A DNA stretch of 64,000 nt from a bacterium (lineage in GTDB: Bacteria; Bdellovibrionota_C; UBA2361; CALJRW01), in the NCBI GenBank assembly GCA_031385045.1, contig JANNBC010000011.1, forward strand, positions 1 through 64,000. The letters run 5' to 3'. Numbering within the stretch: position 1 is the stretch's first letter; every line of letters begins with the position of its first letter. The position numbers and the translations under genes are program-made. The notes beneath the pieces were generated by a model. That model saw nothing but the letters and a program-made list of their open reading frames with translations. It did no database searches and was not told the origin of the DNA. Positions 28,658 to 39,277 of this stretch are shown here, in pieces.

Positions 28658-31513
28658 CTACTGCGAACAACTACAAACCAAATTCCGATCTCCATAAGCC
28701 GCATCAATCCGCGCAACAGTTGGCCAGAATTTATAGCTCTTCACAAAACTGGTTGGATAAGCTGCTAGTTCACGAGAGTAAGGATGCTCCCAAACGTTAG
28801 CACAAACTTCCAGCGCTATGTGAGGCGCTGACTTTAAAGGATTATCAGCACGATCTAATTCCCCTGATTTAATATCAGAAATTTCTTTAGAAATTCCAAT
28901 CATTGCTTCGCAAAAGCGATTAATTTCCGATAGGCTTTCAGACTCAGTTGGTTCCACCATAATCGTTCCCGGAACTGGCCAAGAGACTGTAGGAGCATGA
29001 AAACCATAGTCCATTAATCGCTTAGCAATGTCTTCCACTTCCACACCAACTTCTTTAAATGATCGACAATCTAAAATACACTCATGCGCTACTAATTTAT
29101 TTTTACCACGATAGAGAACTGGATAAAAACTAGCTAACTTATGTGCCATATAATTAGCACTAAGAATTGCCACCTGAGATGCTTTAACTAAACCTTCAGC
29201 TCCCATCATGGCGATATAAGCAAGAGAGATGGAAAGAATTGAGGCACTGCCATAAGGCGCAGCCGAAACTGGCCCAAAGCCATCATTACTAAATGCAAGT
29301 GGATGTGATGGTAAATAATTTCGCAAATGTTCTTTAGCGGCAATTGGCCCCACTCCCGGCCCGCCACCACCATGTGGAATACAAAATGTTTTATGCAAAT
29401 TAATGTGCATGACATCAGCTCCAATTTCTGCTGGATAAGAAAGTCCCACTAGCGCATTAAAATTAGCACCATCTAAATATACTTGCCCGCCATGCTTATG
29501 AATTAATTCACAGATAATCTTAATGTCTTCTTCAAATACTCCATGAGTGGAAGGATAAGTAACCATTAAGGCAGCTAAATTACTTTGATGTAATTTAGCC
29601 TTTACTTCCAGGTCTACTAAATCAACATTTCCATCATTGTCGCACTCCACTACAATAACTTTTAAACCAGCGATCACGGCACTGGCAGGGTTTGTTCCAT
29701 GCGCCGACTTAGGAATTAAGCAGATATCTCGATGAGCTTCTCCCTTAGCATTTAGGAAAGCTTTAATCGCAATTAATCCAGCGAACTCCCCTTGAGAACC
29801 AGCATTAGGTTGTAAGGAAACACAATCAAAACCAGTAATTTCCTCCAAAGACTTCTCTAGAGTTTTAATTAACTCCAAGTAACCAATAGTTTGAGAATCA
29901 GGTGCAAACGGGTGAATCTTAGAAAATTCTGGCATAGTAACTGGCAACATTTCAGCAGTAGCATTTAATTTCATGGTGCAAGACCCAAGTGGGATCATTG
30001 CTGTTGCTAAAGATAAATCCTTTGTCTCTAATCTTTTGGCGTAACGCAAAAATTCAGTTTCAGTATGATAGGCATTAAAGACAGATTCTTTTAAATACTG
30101 ATCACTTCTGCTTAAGGAAAAACCAAGTTGCTCGTTGGCAAAAATTGATTCAATTTCTTTTAGTGATATTTCCTTTTTAATTAGAACTTTAATTAATTCT
30201 TGAAGATCTTCGGCCGAAGTTGTTTCATCAAGTGCAATAATAATGGAACCCTTTTTCCAAAGACCTAAATTGATATTTAATGCTGCTGCCCTAGCAAGCA
30301 TCTCCGGATTGGCATCAATTTCAATCGTATCAAAAAATTCTTTTTGCTTAATGGCAATTCCATTTTGCCCTAAAACTTGTGCTAATGTTTTTGTTAAGCG
30401 ATGTACCCGCGAGGCAATTGCTTTTAAGCCAGCTGGACCATGATAAGTTGCGTACATAACTGACATAATTGCCAGTAGTACTTGCGCCGTACAAATATTA
30501 CTAGTCGCCTTATCCCTACGAATATGTTGCTCACGAGTTTGTAAAGATAATCTAAGTGCCGGATTACCTAAGCGATCCTTAGAAACACCAATTAATCTTC
30601 CAGGAATTAATCTTTGAAACTCGGTCTTACAAGCAATAAAACCTGCGTGCGGGCCACCAAACCCCATTGGCACACCAAAGCGTTGTGCTGAACCAACAGC
30701 GATATCCGCTCCTAATTTTCCAGGAGACTCTAATAAACAAAGCGCTAACAGATCTGTACCAACGGTAATAAAACATCCGGCATTCTTTGCCGTGGTAATA
30801 AATTTACGATAATCAACAACCCCACCATGACTAGCAGGGTACTGTAAGTAACAACCAAAGACTTCTTGAAACTCAGAAAACATTTGATAATCGGCAACTT
30901 CTAATTCAATTCCTAGACTCGTAGCTCTAGTTTGAATTACAGCCAGCGTTTGTGGAAAAACATTTTGATCAACAAAATACTTACGAACGTTAGGATTATT
31001 TTTCCCATAAAGATTATAGGACATATACATAGCCTCAGCCGCGGCAGTGCCCTCATCTAGAAGTGAAGCATTAGAAATCTCTAAGCCTGTTAAACTCATA
31101 ATCATTGTTTGAAAATTTAACAATGCTTCTAAGCGACCCTGAGAAATCTCTGGCTGATAGGGAGTATACTGTGTATACCAACTTGGATTTTCTAAAATGT
31201 TTCTCTGAATTACTGCAGGAATAACTGTATCATAATACCCGCAACCAATATAACTTTTGCCAATAATGTTTTTCTTAGCAAGTGATTGAAAGTATGCCAA
31301 ACATTCAGCTTCCGACAGAGGCTCGGAAAAAGTACTAAGCTTTAAATCTTTGGAAACTCGAATCTGATTAGGGATAACTTTAGTAATAAAATCATTTAAG
31401 GTTTGATACCCAAGTTCTTTTAGTAGAACATTAATCTCAGAATCACTAAGACCAAGATGTCGATTTGCAAAGATATCCGTTGTCTTAGTTGATGATTGTT
31501 GTTCAATTCCCAT
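28658..31513 (-). CDS. gcvP: Glycine dehydrogenase (decarboxylating), single-chain P protein
   Basis: [48 protein letters not shown] (PLP Lys). Confidence 0.98.
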   Translation of the reverse strand: MGIEQQSSTKTTDIFANRHLGLSDSEINVLLKELGYQTLNDFITKVIPNQIRVSKDLKLSTFSEPLSEAECLAYFQSLAKKNIIGKSYIGCGYYDTVIPAVIQRNILENPSWYTQYTPYQPEISQGRLEALLNFQTMIMSLTGLEISNASLLDEGTAAAEAMYMSYNLYGKNNPNVRKYFVDQNVFPQTLAVIQTRATSLGIELEVADYQMFSEFQEVFGCYLQYPASHGGVVDYRKFITTAKNAGCFITVGTDLLALCLLESPGKLGADIAVGSAQRFGVPMGFGGPHAGFIACKTEFQRLIPGRLIGVSKDRLGNPALRLSLQTREQHIRRDKATSNICTAQVLLAIMSVMYATYHGPAGLKAIASRVHRLTKTLAQVLGQNGIAIKQKEFFDTIEIDANPEMLARAAALNINLGLWKKGSIIIALDETTSAEDLQELIKVLIKKEISLKEIESIFANEQLGFSLSRSDQYLKESVFNAYHTETEFLRYAKRLETKDLSLATAMIPLGSCTMKLNATAEMLPVTMPEFSKIHPFAPDSQTIGYLELIKTLEKSLEEITGFDCVSLQPNAGSQGEFAGLIAIKAFLNAKGEAHRDICLIPKSAHGTNPASAVIAGLKVIVVECDNDGNVDLVDLEVKAKLHQSNLAALMVTYPSTHGVFEEDIKIICELIHKHGGQVYLDGANFNALVGLSYPAEIGADVMHINLHKTFCIPHGGGGPGVGPIAAKEHLRNYLPSHPLAFSNDGFGPVSAAPYGSASILSISLAYIAMMGAEGLVKASQVAILSANYMAHKLASFYPVLYRGKNKLVAHECILDCRSFKEVGVEVEDIAKRLMDYGFHAPTVSWPVPGTIMVEPTESESLSEINRFCEAMIGISKEISDIKSGELDRADNPLKSAPHIALEVCANVWEHPYSRELAAYPTSFVKSYKFWPTVARIDAAYGDRNLVCSCSQ

Positions 31514-31570
31514 AATTATTATTGGCTAAATATCTAAATTAAAGTTTTCTCTATCCTCACACTAGTGAGC

Positions 31571-31951
31571 TTAAGCATGTGTAAGTTTGGCGTATTCTTC
31601 AGCTGACATAAGTTTAGCAACTTCTACTTCCGAAATATTTTCCAACTCAAAAATCCAAGCAGCGCTATGGGGATCTGAATTTAGTAAATTAGGCTGGTCG
31701 TTTAATTCTTGATTAACGCTAACAACTTTCCCAGAAATAGGCGCGTAGACATCAGAAGCCGCCTTTGTAGATTCCACAACACAGGCGGGACTCCCAGCAT
31801 GCAGTTCCTTGCCAATAGCAGGAAGTTCCACATAAACAACCTCACCTAATTCCGACTGAGCAAAATAGGTAATCCCAATTCTAGCTACGCCATTTTCCAG
31901 CAACACCCACTCATGATCTTTAGTATACTTATAATTTGTTGGATAATTCAT
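31571..31951 (-). CDS. gcvH: Glycine cleavage H protein
   Basis: YTKDHEW, VESTKAASDVYAP (lipoyl Lys); start at 31951 with GGAG RBS. Confidence 0.95.
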   Translation of the reverse strand: MNYPTNYKYTKDHEWVLLENGVARIGITYFAQSELGEVVYVELPAIGKELHAGSPACVVESTKAASDVYAPISGKVVSVNQELNDQPNLLNSDPHSAAWIFELENISEVEVAKLMSAEEYAKLTHA

Positions 31952-31956
31952 AATAT

Positions 31957-33066
31957 CTACTCCAAAACTAAATCTACACATTCTAAATTAAGCGCATGGG
32001 CAACTTCCAAGTTACAGATTTGCCCACCATAAGTATTCACAGCTTTCATTAATTCAGGCGTAGCTTTTAAGGCTTCCGTTAAACCTAAATCAGCAATCTT
32101 CTGAACATAAGGAAGTGTTACTTTTGTTAAAGCCTTAGTTGAAGTTCGCGCAACTTGCGATGGCATATTTGGAACGCCATAATGAATCACTCCAGCTTCA
32201 ACATAAGTTGGATGCTCCAAGCTAGTTGTCTTAATTGTTTCCGCAGCTCCACCTTGGTCAATAGAAATATCAATCAGGACTGAACCTTCTTGCATTAACC
32301 CTACCTGCTCTTTAGTTAATACTCGTGGAGCTTTTGCTCCAGGAATTAGCACAGCTAAGATCATCACATCAGTTTCGGGACATAACTTAGAAATATTTTC
32401 TGGAGTAGATTGGTAAGTCTTTAAGCGATCTCCATAACGACTAGCTAAATCAGCTAAGCGTGCTTCATTAATATCTAAGACATGAACCCTAGCTCCCATC
32501 CCATAGGCTACTTCAACCGCAGCCTGACCCGCAATTCCAGCACCAATCACGGTTACTTCCCCAGGAGAAACTGTATTTGTTCCCCCTAGCAGGACTCCCC
32601 GCCCACCTTTTTGTGTCAAAATTAAATGCGCTCCAAGTTGCACCGCAAGTTTTCCAGCAACCTCGCTCATTGGCTCCAAAAGCGGTAGTCGCCCATCAGG
32701 CATTTGAACTAATTCATAACTAATTCCTGTCATCCCTGACTTAACTAGTTCCTTGGCAACTTCTGGTAATCCAGCCAAATGTAGATAATCAAAAATTACT
32801 AAATCTTTGCGAAAATATTGATATTCTTCCGGAGCTGGCTCTTTCACCTTTACTAATAATTCGGCTCGCTTCCAGCACTCCTCAAGTGTTGAAACAACTT
32901 CACAACCAACATCTAAATAATCTTGATTTGTGAAAAAAGAGCCTAGGCCCGCATCTTTCTCAATTAAAACTTTATGCCCTGTAAGAATTAACTGCCTTGC
33001 TCCATAGGGAGTGATCGCGACTCTTTTCTCTAGGGTTTTTCTTTCTCTCGGTACGGAAATGATCAT
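31957..33066 (-). CDS. ald: Alanine dehydrogenase
   Basis: EKRVAITP, VKVKEP, LLEPMSEVAG, DISIDQGG, YGVPNMP. Confidence 0.95.
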   Translation of the reverse strand: MIISVPRERKTLEKRVAITPYGARQLILTGHKVLIEKDAGLGSFFTNQDYLDVGCEVVSTLEECWKRAELLVKVKEPAPEEYQYFRKDLVIFDYLHLAGLPEVAKELVKSGMTGISYELVQMPDGRLPLLEPMSEVAGKLAVQLGAHLILTQKGGRGVLLGGTNTVSPGEVTVIGAGIAGQAAVEVAYGMGARVHVLDINEARLADLASRYGDRLKTYQSTPENISKLCPETDVMILAVLIPGAKAPRVLTKEQVGLMQEGSVLIDISIDQGGAAETIKTTSLEHPTYVEAGVIHYGVPNMPSQVARTSTKALTKVTLPYVQKIADLGLTEALKATPELMKAVNTYGGQICNLEVAHALNLECVDLVLE

Positions 33067-33148
33067 TGTAATTTTTTTTTTAATTAGTAAGATTAGGCTG
33101 ATAGGATAATATTGAAAATATTCCCAATGATTTAACGAGTATTGTCAA

Positions 33149-33223
33149 TCCGCCTACGCTAAAGCTTTGGCGCATAATTATTACACCCAGTTAGTCGAAA
33201 CGACTAACTGGGTGTAATAATTA
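33149..33223 (+). repeat. REP-like repeat immediately followed by a perfect 23-bp inverted repeat
   Basis: tccgcctacgctaaagctttggcgca (33149-33174), then taattattacacccagttagtcg-aaa-cgactaactgggtgtaataatta (33175-33223). Confidence 0.85.
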
Positions 33224-33247
33224 AAAACCTTTAACTAATAAGTCAAC

Positions 33248-34171
33248 ATGAAGTTTAATAAAGATAAAAATAATTTTAAGAAATTAAGTGGCAACTGGTT
33301 GTCTAGTATTTTGCAAGCTGAAATACTAGAAGAAGTTCAGCAACTTAAGACTAAAAAAGGACGCGTCCCCGGACTTGGAGTAATTTTAGTTGGCAATAAT
33401 CCCGCATCCCTTTCTTATGTCAAACGTAAAAGTATGGTTGCTGAGCAACAATGTGGCTTTATTACTAAAGATCTAAACTTAGCTGATAACTGTACTGAAG
33501 CTGAACTCTCCGAGGCAATTAAAAAGTTTAATCAAGATCCAGAAATAGATGGAATTCTCTTACAACTTCCACTACCAAGACACCTTTCGGCAAATAAATT
33601 TATTGATCAGATTGATCCTAGAAAAGATGCCGATGCGCTTCACCCCTTAAACCAAGGGATTATGTTTCGGGGGGAAGGATATTTAAAACCTTGTACACCA
33701 CTTGGCTCAATGGCGCTAATTGATCTAGCCTATTCTAAGTTTGAATCTGATCAAGCTAATGTTAAATTCTCAGATATTCCCGAAGTAGATTTAAAAGGTA
33801 AGACTGCTGTTATTATCGGCCGTTCAATTTTAGTTGGGAAACCACTTCACTCCCTACTTCTAAATCGTGACTGCACAGTAATTCAAGCTCACTCTAAAAC
33901 AGGAAATATCGCGGAAGTGTGTAAACAAGCAGATATTATTTTAGCTGCCGCTGGCGTACCACAATTAGTTAAGGCTTCGTGGATTAAAAAAGGTGCTGTT
34001 GTGATTGATGTTGGAATTAATCGTAACCCAGAAGGATTTTTAATTGGAGATGTGGACTTTGAAGAAGTTGCCCCTCTCTCCTCTGCAATTACTCCTGTCC
34101 CTGGTGGAGTCGGTCCAATGACAGTCGCAATGTTAATGAAAAACACTCTAGAAATTTACAAAAGACAGTAA
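33248..34171 (+). CDS. folD: Methylenetetrahydrofolate dehydrogenase/cyclohydrolase
   Basis: GILLQLPLP, PCTP, GRSILVGKP, TPVPGGVGPMTVAMLM. Confidence 0.96.
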   Translation: MKFNKDKNNFKKLSGNWLSSILQAEILEEVQQLKTKKGRVPGLGVILVGNNPASLSYVKRKSMVAEQQCGFITKDLNLADNCTEAELSEAIKKFNQDPEIDGILLQLPLPRHLSANKFIDQIDPRKDADALHPLNQGIMFRGEGYLKPCTPLGSMALIDLAYSKFESDQANVKFSDIPEVDLKGKTAVIIGRSILVGKPLHSLLLNRDCTVIQAHSKTGNIAEVCKQADIILAAAGVPQLVKASWIKKGAVVIDVGINRNPEGFLIGDVDFEEVAPLSSAITPVPGGVGPMTVAMLMKNTLEIYKRQ

Positions 34172-35265
34172 TGACTATCCAAAGAACTCCGCTTTACACC
34201 GAACATCTAAAACTTAAAGCCCAGATGGTTCCTTTTGCTGGTTGGGAAATGCCAGTTAGCTATTCAGGAATCATTGCCGAGCATCAAGCTTGTCGACAAT
34301 CAGCAGGACTATTTGATGTTAGCCACATGGGTGAAATCTTAGTCTCTGGAGCTCAGGCTGAAGAAACTTTACAATATCTCTGCTGTAATGATCTAACTAA
34401 AATTAAAGATGGGCAAGCTCAATATTCAGCTTTCTTAAATCCTAACGGCGGTGTTATCGACGACCTAATTATTTACCGTTTTAATTCTACTAAATTCCTT
34501 CTTTGCGTTAATGCTTCTAATGCCGAGAATGACTATCAGTGGATGCTTACTCATAATAAATACCAGGCAGAGATTTTAAACCTGAGTAATTTTTACGGAC
34601 AAATTGCTATCCAAGGCCCAAAGGCTGAAGCAATTCTAATAAAACTTTTTCCAACTGCTTCGGAATTAAAATACTTTCACTTCTTAGAAACTAACTGGCT
34701 AGATCGCCCAGTGCTAATTGCGAGAACTGGCTACACCGGAGAAGATGGCTTTGAAGTATACTTGCAAGCGGAACACACAGCTAAACTTTGGACTGAGTTA
34801 CTAGAACTTGGTGGAGCAGACATTACACCTTGTGGTTTAGGCGCTAGAGACACATTAAGACTAGAAGCTTCCTATCCTCTGCATGGTCATGAATTAACAC
34901 CAGAGACCCCTGCTCTCTCTTCAGGACTAGCTTGGATTATAAAATTTAATAAGCCAAACTTTATTGGCAAAGATGCCTTAGTTAAATACAAAGAATCAAA
35001 CTATCCAAGACTCACTGGCCTGGAATTACTAGAACCAGGAATTGCTCGTGAAGGAACTAAAGTTTTCAACGGAGCAGGAGTTGATATTGGACACTTAACT
35101 AGTGGCACAAAAACACCAACACTTAATAAAGCAATTGCCTTAGGAATTATCGATGCCAAAGAATCTGAACTTGGAAATGAAGTCTTCCTAGATATTCGTG
35201 GACGTAAAGTTAAAGCAATTGTTAGGAAGCTACCTTTCTATCAAAAATCCCCGAACCAGTCATAA
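34171..35265 (+). CDS. gcvT: Glycine cleavage aminomethyltransferase T protein
   Basis: FAGWEMP, FDVSHMG, RTGYTGEDGFE, GLGARDTLRLEA. Confidence 0.97.
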   Translation: MTIQRTPLYTEHLKLKAQMVPFAGWEMPVSYSGIIAEHQACRQSAGLFDVSHMGEILVSGAQAEETLQYLCCNDLTKIKDGQAQYSAFLNPNGGVIDDLIIYRFNSTKFLLCVNASNAENDYQWMLTHNKYQAEILNLSNFYGQIAIQGPKAEAILIKLFPTASELKYFHFLETNWLDRPVLIARTGYTGEDGFEVYLQAEHTAKLWTELLELGGADITPCGLGARDTLRLEASYPLHGHELTPETPALSSGLAWIIKFNKPNFIGKDALVKYKESNYPRLTGLELLEPGIAREGTKVFNGAGVDIGHLTSGTKTPTLNKAIALGIIDAKESELGNEVFLDIRGRKVKAIVRKLPFYQKSPNQS

Positions 35266-35284
35266 TAACGATCGTTCTAATCTA

Positions 35285-35331
35285 AGTAAAATTCACTTGA
35301 CTGAATTTTACTCACGAGTATAATTCAGTCA
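35285..35331 (+). promoter_or_regulatory. Promoter overlapped by a 16-bp inverted-repeat operator
   Basis: TTGACT(35297)-16-TATAAT(35319); inverted repeat tgactgaattttactc-ac-gagtataattcagtca; third half-site agtaaaattca at 35285. Confidence 0.7.
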
Positions 35332-35332
35332 T

Positions 35333-36460
35333 ATGAATATTACTCGTTCTCTAAAAAAGCCAATTACAACTGATTTAAAAGATAAGATCGTGTTAATTGG
35401 AGGACCTAGGCAGGTTGGAAAAACAACACTAGCCAAAACATTTATTCAGAAGAATGAACAATATTTAAACTGGGATGACTTAGAAGATCGTCAAATACTA
35501 AAAACTCATCAAATCGATCCAAAACTAAAAATCGTTATTCTGGATGAAATTCATAAATATGCCAGATGGAGAACACTCTTAAAAGGTTTATATGATAAGT
35601 ATAAGCAGGAACTAAAAATCATCGTAACTGGATCAGCAAAACTTGATCATTTCAGAAAAGGTGGAGATTCTCTTTTCGGTCGTTTTTTTTACTATCGGCT
35701 TCATCCCTTAACTCTAGCTGAAGTAGATCCTAAACTTCAAACTCAAACTCAAACTCTGGAACGCCTAATTAAATTTGGTGGATTTCCAGAACCATTTATT
35801 AAAGCGGATCAAGATTTTCACCGCAGATGGCAAAGGGAGCGAATTAGCCGAGTTATAAAACAAGACCTAAGCGATCTAAGTCATGTTAACGAAATTTCCT
35901 TACTAGAACTTTTAGTTGATGCTCTTCCACAACGAGTTGGCTCCCCCTTATCAATTAAAAGCCTACAAGAAGATCTAGAGGTTTCACCAAATACTGTTTC
36001 TAGATGGATCAGTCTCTTAGAAGAAATCTATTACTGTTATCGGATTATTCCCTATGGCCCACCAAAAATCAGGGCAGTTAAAAAAACTAATAAACTATAT
36101 CTCTGGGACTGGTCAGAAGTGCAAGATGTTGGAGCACGCAATGAGAACCTAATTGCTTCGCACCTTTTGAAGTACTGTCACTATCAGGAAGATACCAAAG
36201 GCTTCAAAATGGAACTTCGCTATTTAAAAGATGTTGATGGAAAAGAAATAGACTTTGTAGTCATAAAAGATAAGAAACCAATCTTTGCTGTAGAATGTAA
36301 AACTGGGGAATCAAATATCTCTAAAAATCTCTTCTATTTTCAAGAAAGAACCGAAATCCCTAAGTTTTACCAAGTTCATTTTGGTCAGAAACAATACCAA
36401 AATAAAAATATAATGGTTTTGCCATTTGCTGAATTCTGCAGGATTGAAAAAATTCCCTAG
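35333..36460 (+). CDS. AAA+ ATPase with DUF4143 domain
   Basis: GPRQVGKT, LDEIHK, TGSA, FGGFPEPF; C-terminal EIDFVV...AVECK. Confidence 0.88.
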   Translation: MNITRSLKKPITTDLKDKIVLIGGPRQVGKTTLAKTFIQKNEQYLNWDDLEDRQILKTHQIDPKLKIVILDEIHKYARWRTLLKGLYDKYKQELKIIVTGSAKLDHFRKGGDSLFGRFFYYRLHPLTLAEVDPKLQTQTQTLERLIKFGGFPEPFIKADQDFHRRWQRERISRVIKQDLSDLSHVNEISLLELLVDALPQRVGSPLSIKSLQEDLEVSPNTVSRWISLLEEIYYCYRIIPYGPPKIRAVKKTNKLYLWDWSEVQDVGARNENLIASHLLKYCHYQEDTKGFKMELRYLKDVDGKEIDFVVIKDKKPIFAVECKTGESNISKNLFYFQERTEIPKFYQVHFGQKQYQNKNIMVLPFAEFCRIEKIP

Positions 36461-36563
36461 ATCCTAATTGCCTGTATTTACTAGTAATGATTTTTATTAC
36501 TTGAAAAATTAGGCTGTATAGGCTAGTATTTCATGAAATACAACATGTTGCACGTCAAATATC

Positions 36564-37703
36564 ATGTACATTAGAAGAATACTAAATCTCGAAAAAACTC
36601 TACAAAGAAAATCCTGCTTCCTACTGGGACCAAGGCAAACAGGCAAAACTAGTCTGATTAAAGAAACATATCAGGATGCAAAATATTATAACCTACTAGA
36701 AGTAGAAACTTTTCGAGCACTTAGTCAAAAACCAGGCTTGATCAAAGCTGAACTAAGCCCCAAAGATCAATTAATAATCATTGATGAAATCCAAAAACTT
36801 CCGGAATTATTAGATGAAGTGCAACTAATTACTCAAAGTTCCTCTGTAAAATTTTTACTAACTGGATCTAGTGCCAGAAAATTGAAACGTGCCGGAGTAA
36901 ATCTTTTAGGTGGGCGAGCAAAATCAATTAACTTGCATCCTCTAGTCAAAATTGAACTTAAAGATCAATTTAACTTAAACCAAGCTTTACAAAAAGGACT
37001 ACTACCCTCGATTTATTTTTCAGATGATTACTACTCAGACTTAAAGGATTATATTGAGTTATACCTAAAAGAAGAAATCGCTATTGAAACTCAAATCAGA
37101 AATCTCTCTAATTTTTCTCGTTTTCTAGATATAGCGGCTCTTTACAATTCACAAATAATTAATTTCACAAATATAGCTAATGATGCACAAGTAGCTCCAA
37201 GCTCCGTTAAAGAGTATTTTCAAGTTCTAGTTGATACTCTCATAGCTAATCGCTTACCAGCTTGGACTAAATCAAAAAAAAGAAAGGCATATTCATCTGA
37301 TAAATTTTATTTCTTCGATATTGGTGTAACTAGGTACCTTCAAGGTAGAAAAACTCTTGATCGCAACTCTAGTGATTTCGGTGAAGCCTTAGAAAGTTAT
37401 CTTTTTCATGAACTATCCACTTATTGTGATTATGTTTCTGGAGATAATCTAGCTTACTGGAGATCCACGTCTGGATATGAAGTTGACTTCCTACTTGGAG
37501 AACATACTGCCATAGAAATTAAAGCGACCGAAAGAGTTGTATCCAAGGATCTAAAAGGGCTTTTAGCCTTGAAAGAGGAAAGCATTTTCAAAAATTATCT
37601 TTTGGTTAGCCTAGATACTCGAGAACGCAGAGAAGCTGGGGTAGAAATTCTTCATTTAAATACTTTCCTGAGTCGACTTTGGAATAATGATTTTAGCGAT
37701 TAA
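36564..37703 (+). CDS. AAA+ ATPase with DUF4143 domain
   Basis: GPRQTGKT, IDEIQK, TGSSARKL, KFYFFDIG; C-terminal EVDFLL...AIEIK. Confidence 0.88.
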   Translation: MYIRRILNLEKTLQRKSCFLLGPRQTGKTSLIKETYQDAKYYNLLEVETFRALSQKPGLIKAELSPKDQLIIIDEIQKLPELLDEVQLITQSSSVKFLLTGSSARKLKRAGVNLLGGRAKSINLHPLVKIELKDQFNLNQALQKGLLPSIYFSDDYYSDLKDYIELYLKEEIAIETQIRNLSNFSRFLDIAALYNSQIINFTNIANDAQVAPSSVKEYFQVLVDTLIANRLPAWTKSKKRKAYSSDKFYFFDIGVTRYLQGRKTLDRNSSDFGEALESYLFHELSTYCDYVSGDNLAYWRSTSGYEVDFLLGEHTAIEIKATERVVSKDLKGLLALKEESIFKNYLLVSLDTRERREAGVEILHLNTFLSRLWNNDFSD

Positions 37704-37709
37704 ATGAGA

Positions 37710-37745
37710 AAAGCCCCTTAAATTGTTTCCAACCTAAGGGGCTTT
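37710..37745. terminator. Probable bidirectional intrinsic terminator
   Basis: aaagcccctta...taaggggcttt between the convergent ATPase and minE genes. Confidence 0.65.
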
Positions 37746-37767
37746 CTAATTAGTCTTCTGAAAAGAC

Positions 37768-38115
37768 CTAAGCTACAGGAGCAGCTTCTGCAGTTGCTGT
37801 CGCAAGTTCTTCTTTCTTATTTTTTTTGGTAGACGTAGCCTCAACTTCAATCTTCTTACGCGCCTTACGAACTACTACTGGGGAATTAATCACTAGAGCA
37901 GTCTCTTCATCTTCTCGCTTATAAGAGATATCAAAACCATCTTTCTCAATTTCGAAATATTTTTCGATCACCTGAACTAACTCTTCTTTAAACGAAGCCA
38001 TTTCTTCACTGTTTAATCCAGTGCGGTCTTGAACCAACACGAAATGTAATCTGCTCTTGGCTGTCTGATTGCTACTAGCTGCACTGCCAAAAATTTTCTG
38101 CCATAAAGTAATCAT
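37768..38115 (-). CDS. minE: Cell division topological specificity factor MinE
   Basis: AKSRLHFVLVQDR, ELVQVIEKY; follows minD. Confidence 0.9.
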   Translation of the reverse strand: MITLWQKIFGSAASSNQTAKSRLHFVLVQDRTGLNSEEMASFKEELVQVIEKYFEIEKDGFDISYKREDEETALVINSPVVVRKARKKIEVEATSTKKNKKEELATATAEAAPVA

Positions 38116-38229
38116 TTGAAACCCCTTAAATAATTATCCGAACGCTAATCAAAGTTTGAATAGCTAAAAAACAACTCGCTAAACAATGATAAATTTTAGT
38201 ATTTATCAGGTAGCTGTTAACTCTCTATT

Positions 38230-39060
38230 CTAAGCCATACCTAGGCGACGTGACAACCTAGTAAATATAGATGGTGCACGATAATCTGACTCATCCATCT
38301 CGCCATGACCGCATAAACGATCAGCAACTTGCATAAATCCTTTAGCAGATCTAGCCTTAGGATTATAAACAACTGGCTCACCAGTATTAGCAGCAATAAT
38401 TACATTATCATCACGCTCTACAACACCAATTAATTCGATTCCTAAAATCTCTTTTACGTCAGCCACTGATAGCATGTCACCACGGCTAACCATGTTGTAA
38501 TCTAAACGATTAATTAACATCTTAGCTTCAATTCCTGCCGCAGCTAGCAGACCAATTACTCGGTCACCATCACGAATCGAAGAAACTTCGGGAGTAGTAA
38601 CAATAATAGCGGAATCAGCAGCGGCATAAGCATTCTTAAAGCCTTGCTCAATACCTGCTGGAGAATCAATTAAGATAAAATGAAATTCACGTTTGTATTG
38701 TTCAATTACGTGTCGAACTTCATCTTCAGTGATCACATCCTTGTCATCAGTTTGTGACGCCGGAAGCATATAAAGATTCGGAGATTTTTTAGATTTAATA
38801 ATTGCCTGGCTTGGCTTACAAACACCCTTAGCAACATCAACGATGTTAAAGACAATGCGATTCTCTAACCCTAGAATCACATCAAGGTTACGAAGTCCAA
38901 TGTCAGCATCAACTAATAATGTTCTCATGCCTTTCATAGCTAAAGCAGCACCGATACTTGCAGTAGATGTTGTTTTACCAGTACCGCCCTTACCTGAAGT
39001 AATTACAATTACTTCGGCTAAGCCTTTCTTTTTACCTGTGGATCCGTTTGAATTATTCAT
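38230..39060 (-). CDS. minD: Septum site-determining protein MinD
   Basis: TSGKGGTGKTT, DIGLRNLD, DSPAGIEQGF, C-terminal amphipathic helix. Confidence 0.96.
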   Translation of the reverse strand: MNNSNGSTGKKKGLAEVIVITSGKGGTGKTTSTASIGAALAMKGMRTLLVDADIGLRNLDVILGLENRIVFNIVDVAKGVCKPSQAIIKSKKSPNLYMLPASQTDDKDVITEDEVRHVIEQYKREFHFILIDSPAGIEQGFKNAYAAADSAIIVTTPEVSSIRDGDRVIGLLAAAGIEAKMLINRLDYNMVSRGDMLSVADVKEILGIELIGVVERDDNVIIAANTGEPVVYNPKARSAKGFMQVADRLCGHGEMDESDYRAPSIFTRLSRRLGMA

Positions 39061-39277
39061 AAGATTAACTACCTACATCGACAAATTTACTCTAACAAAG
39101 CTGAGGCTGAGTTAGAAACACATTGGGAATATTGTTGCCGCTAAACTAGTACAATATCCAAAAAAATCAAGAAAATTTATCTTGTTTTGTCATTTAATAA
39201 AAAAATATTACTAAATCAGAAAACAATACAAACTTTAGTGAGATGAAAACCTTTGATAAAAATCCTTCAGTACGAAA

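Noticed and set aside
31952..31981. Longer gcvH start overlapping ald
   Set aside because: ATG 31951 has a GGAG RBS and matches the usual GcvH N-terminus.
35738..35755. (caaact)x3 in-frame repeat in the DUF4143 gene as a phase-variation tract
   Set aside because: A hexamer unit preserves the frame and there are only three copies.
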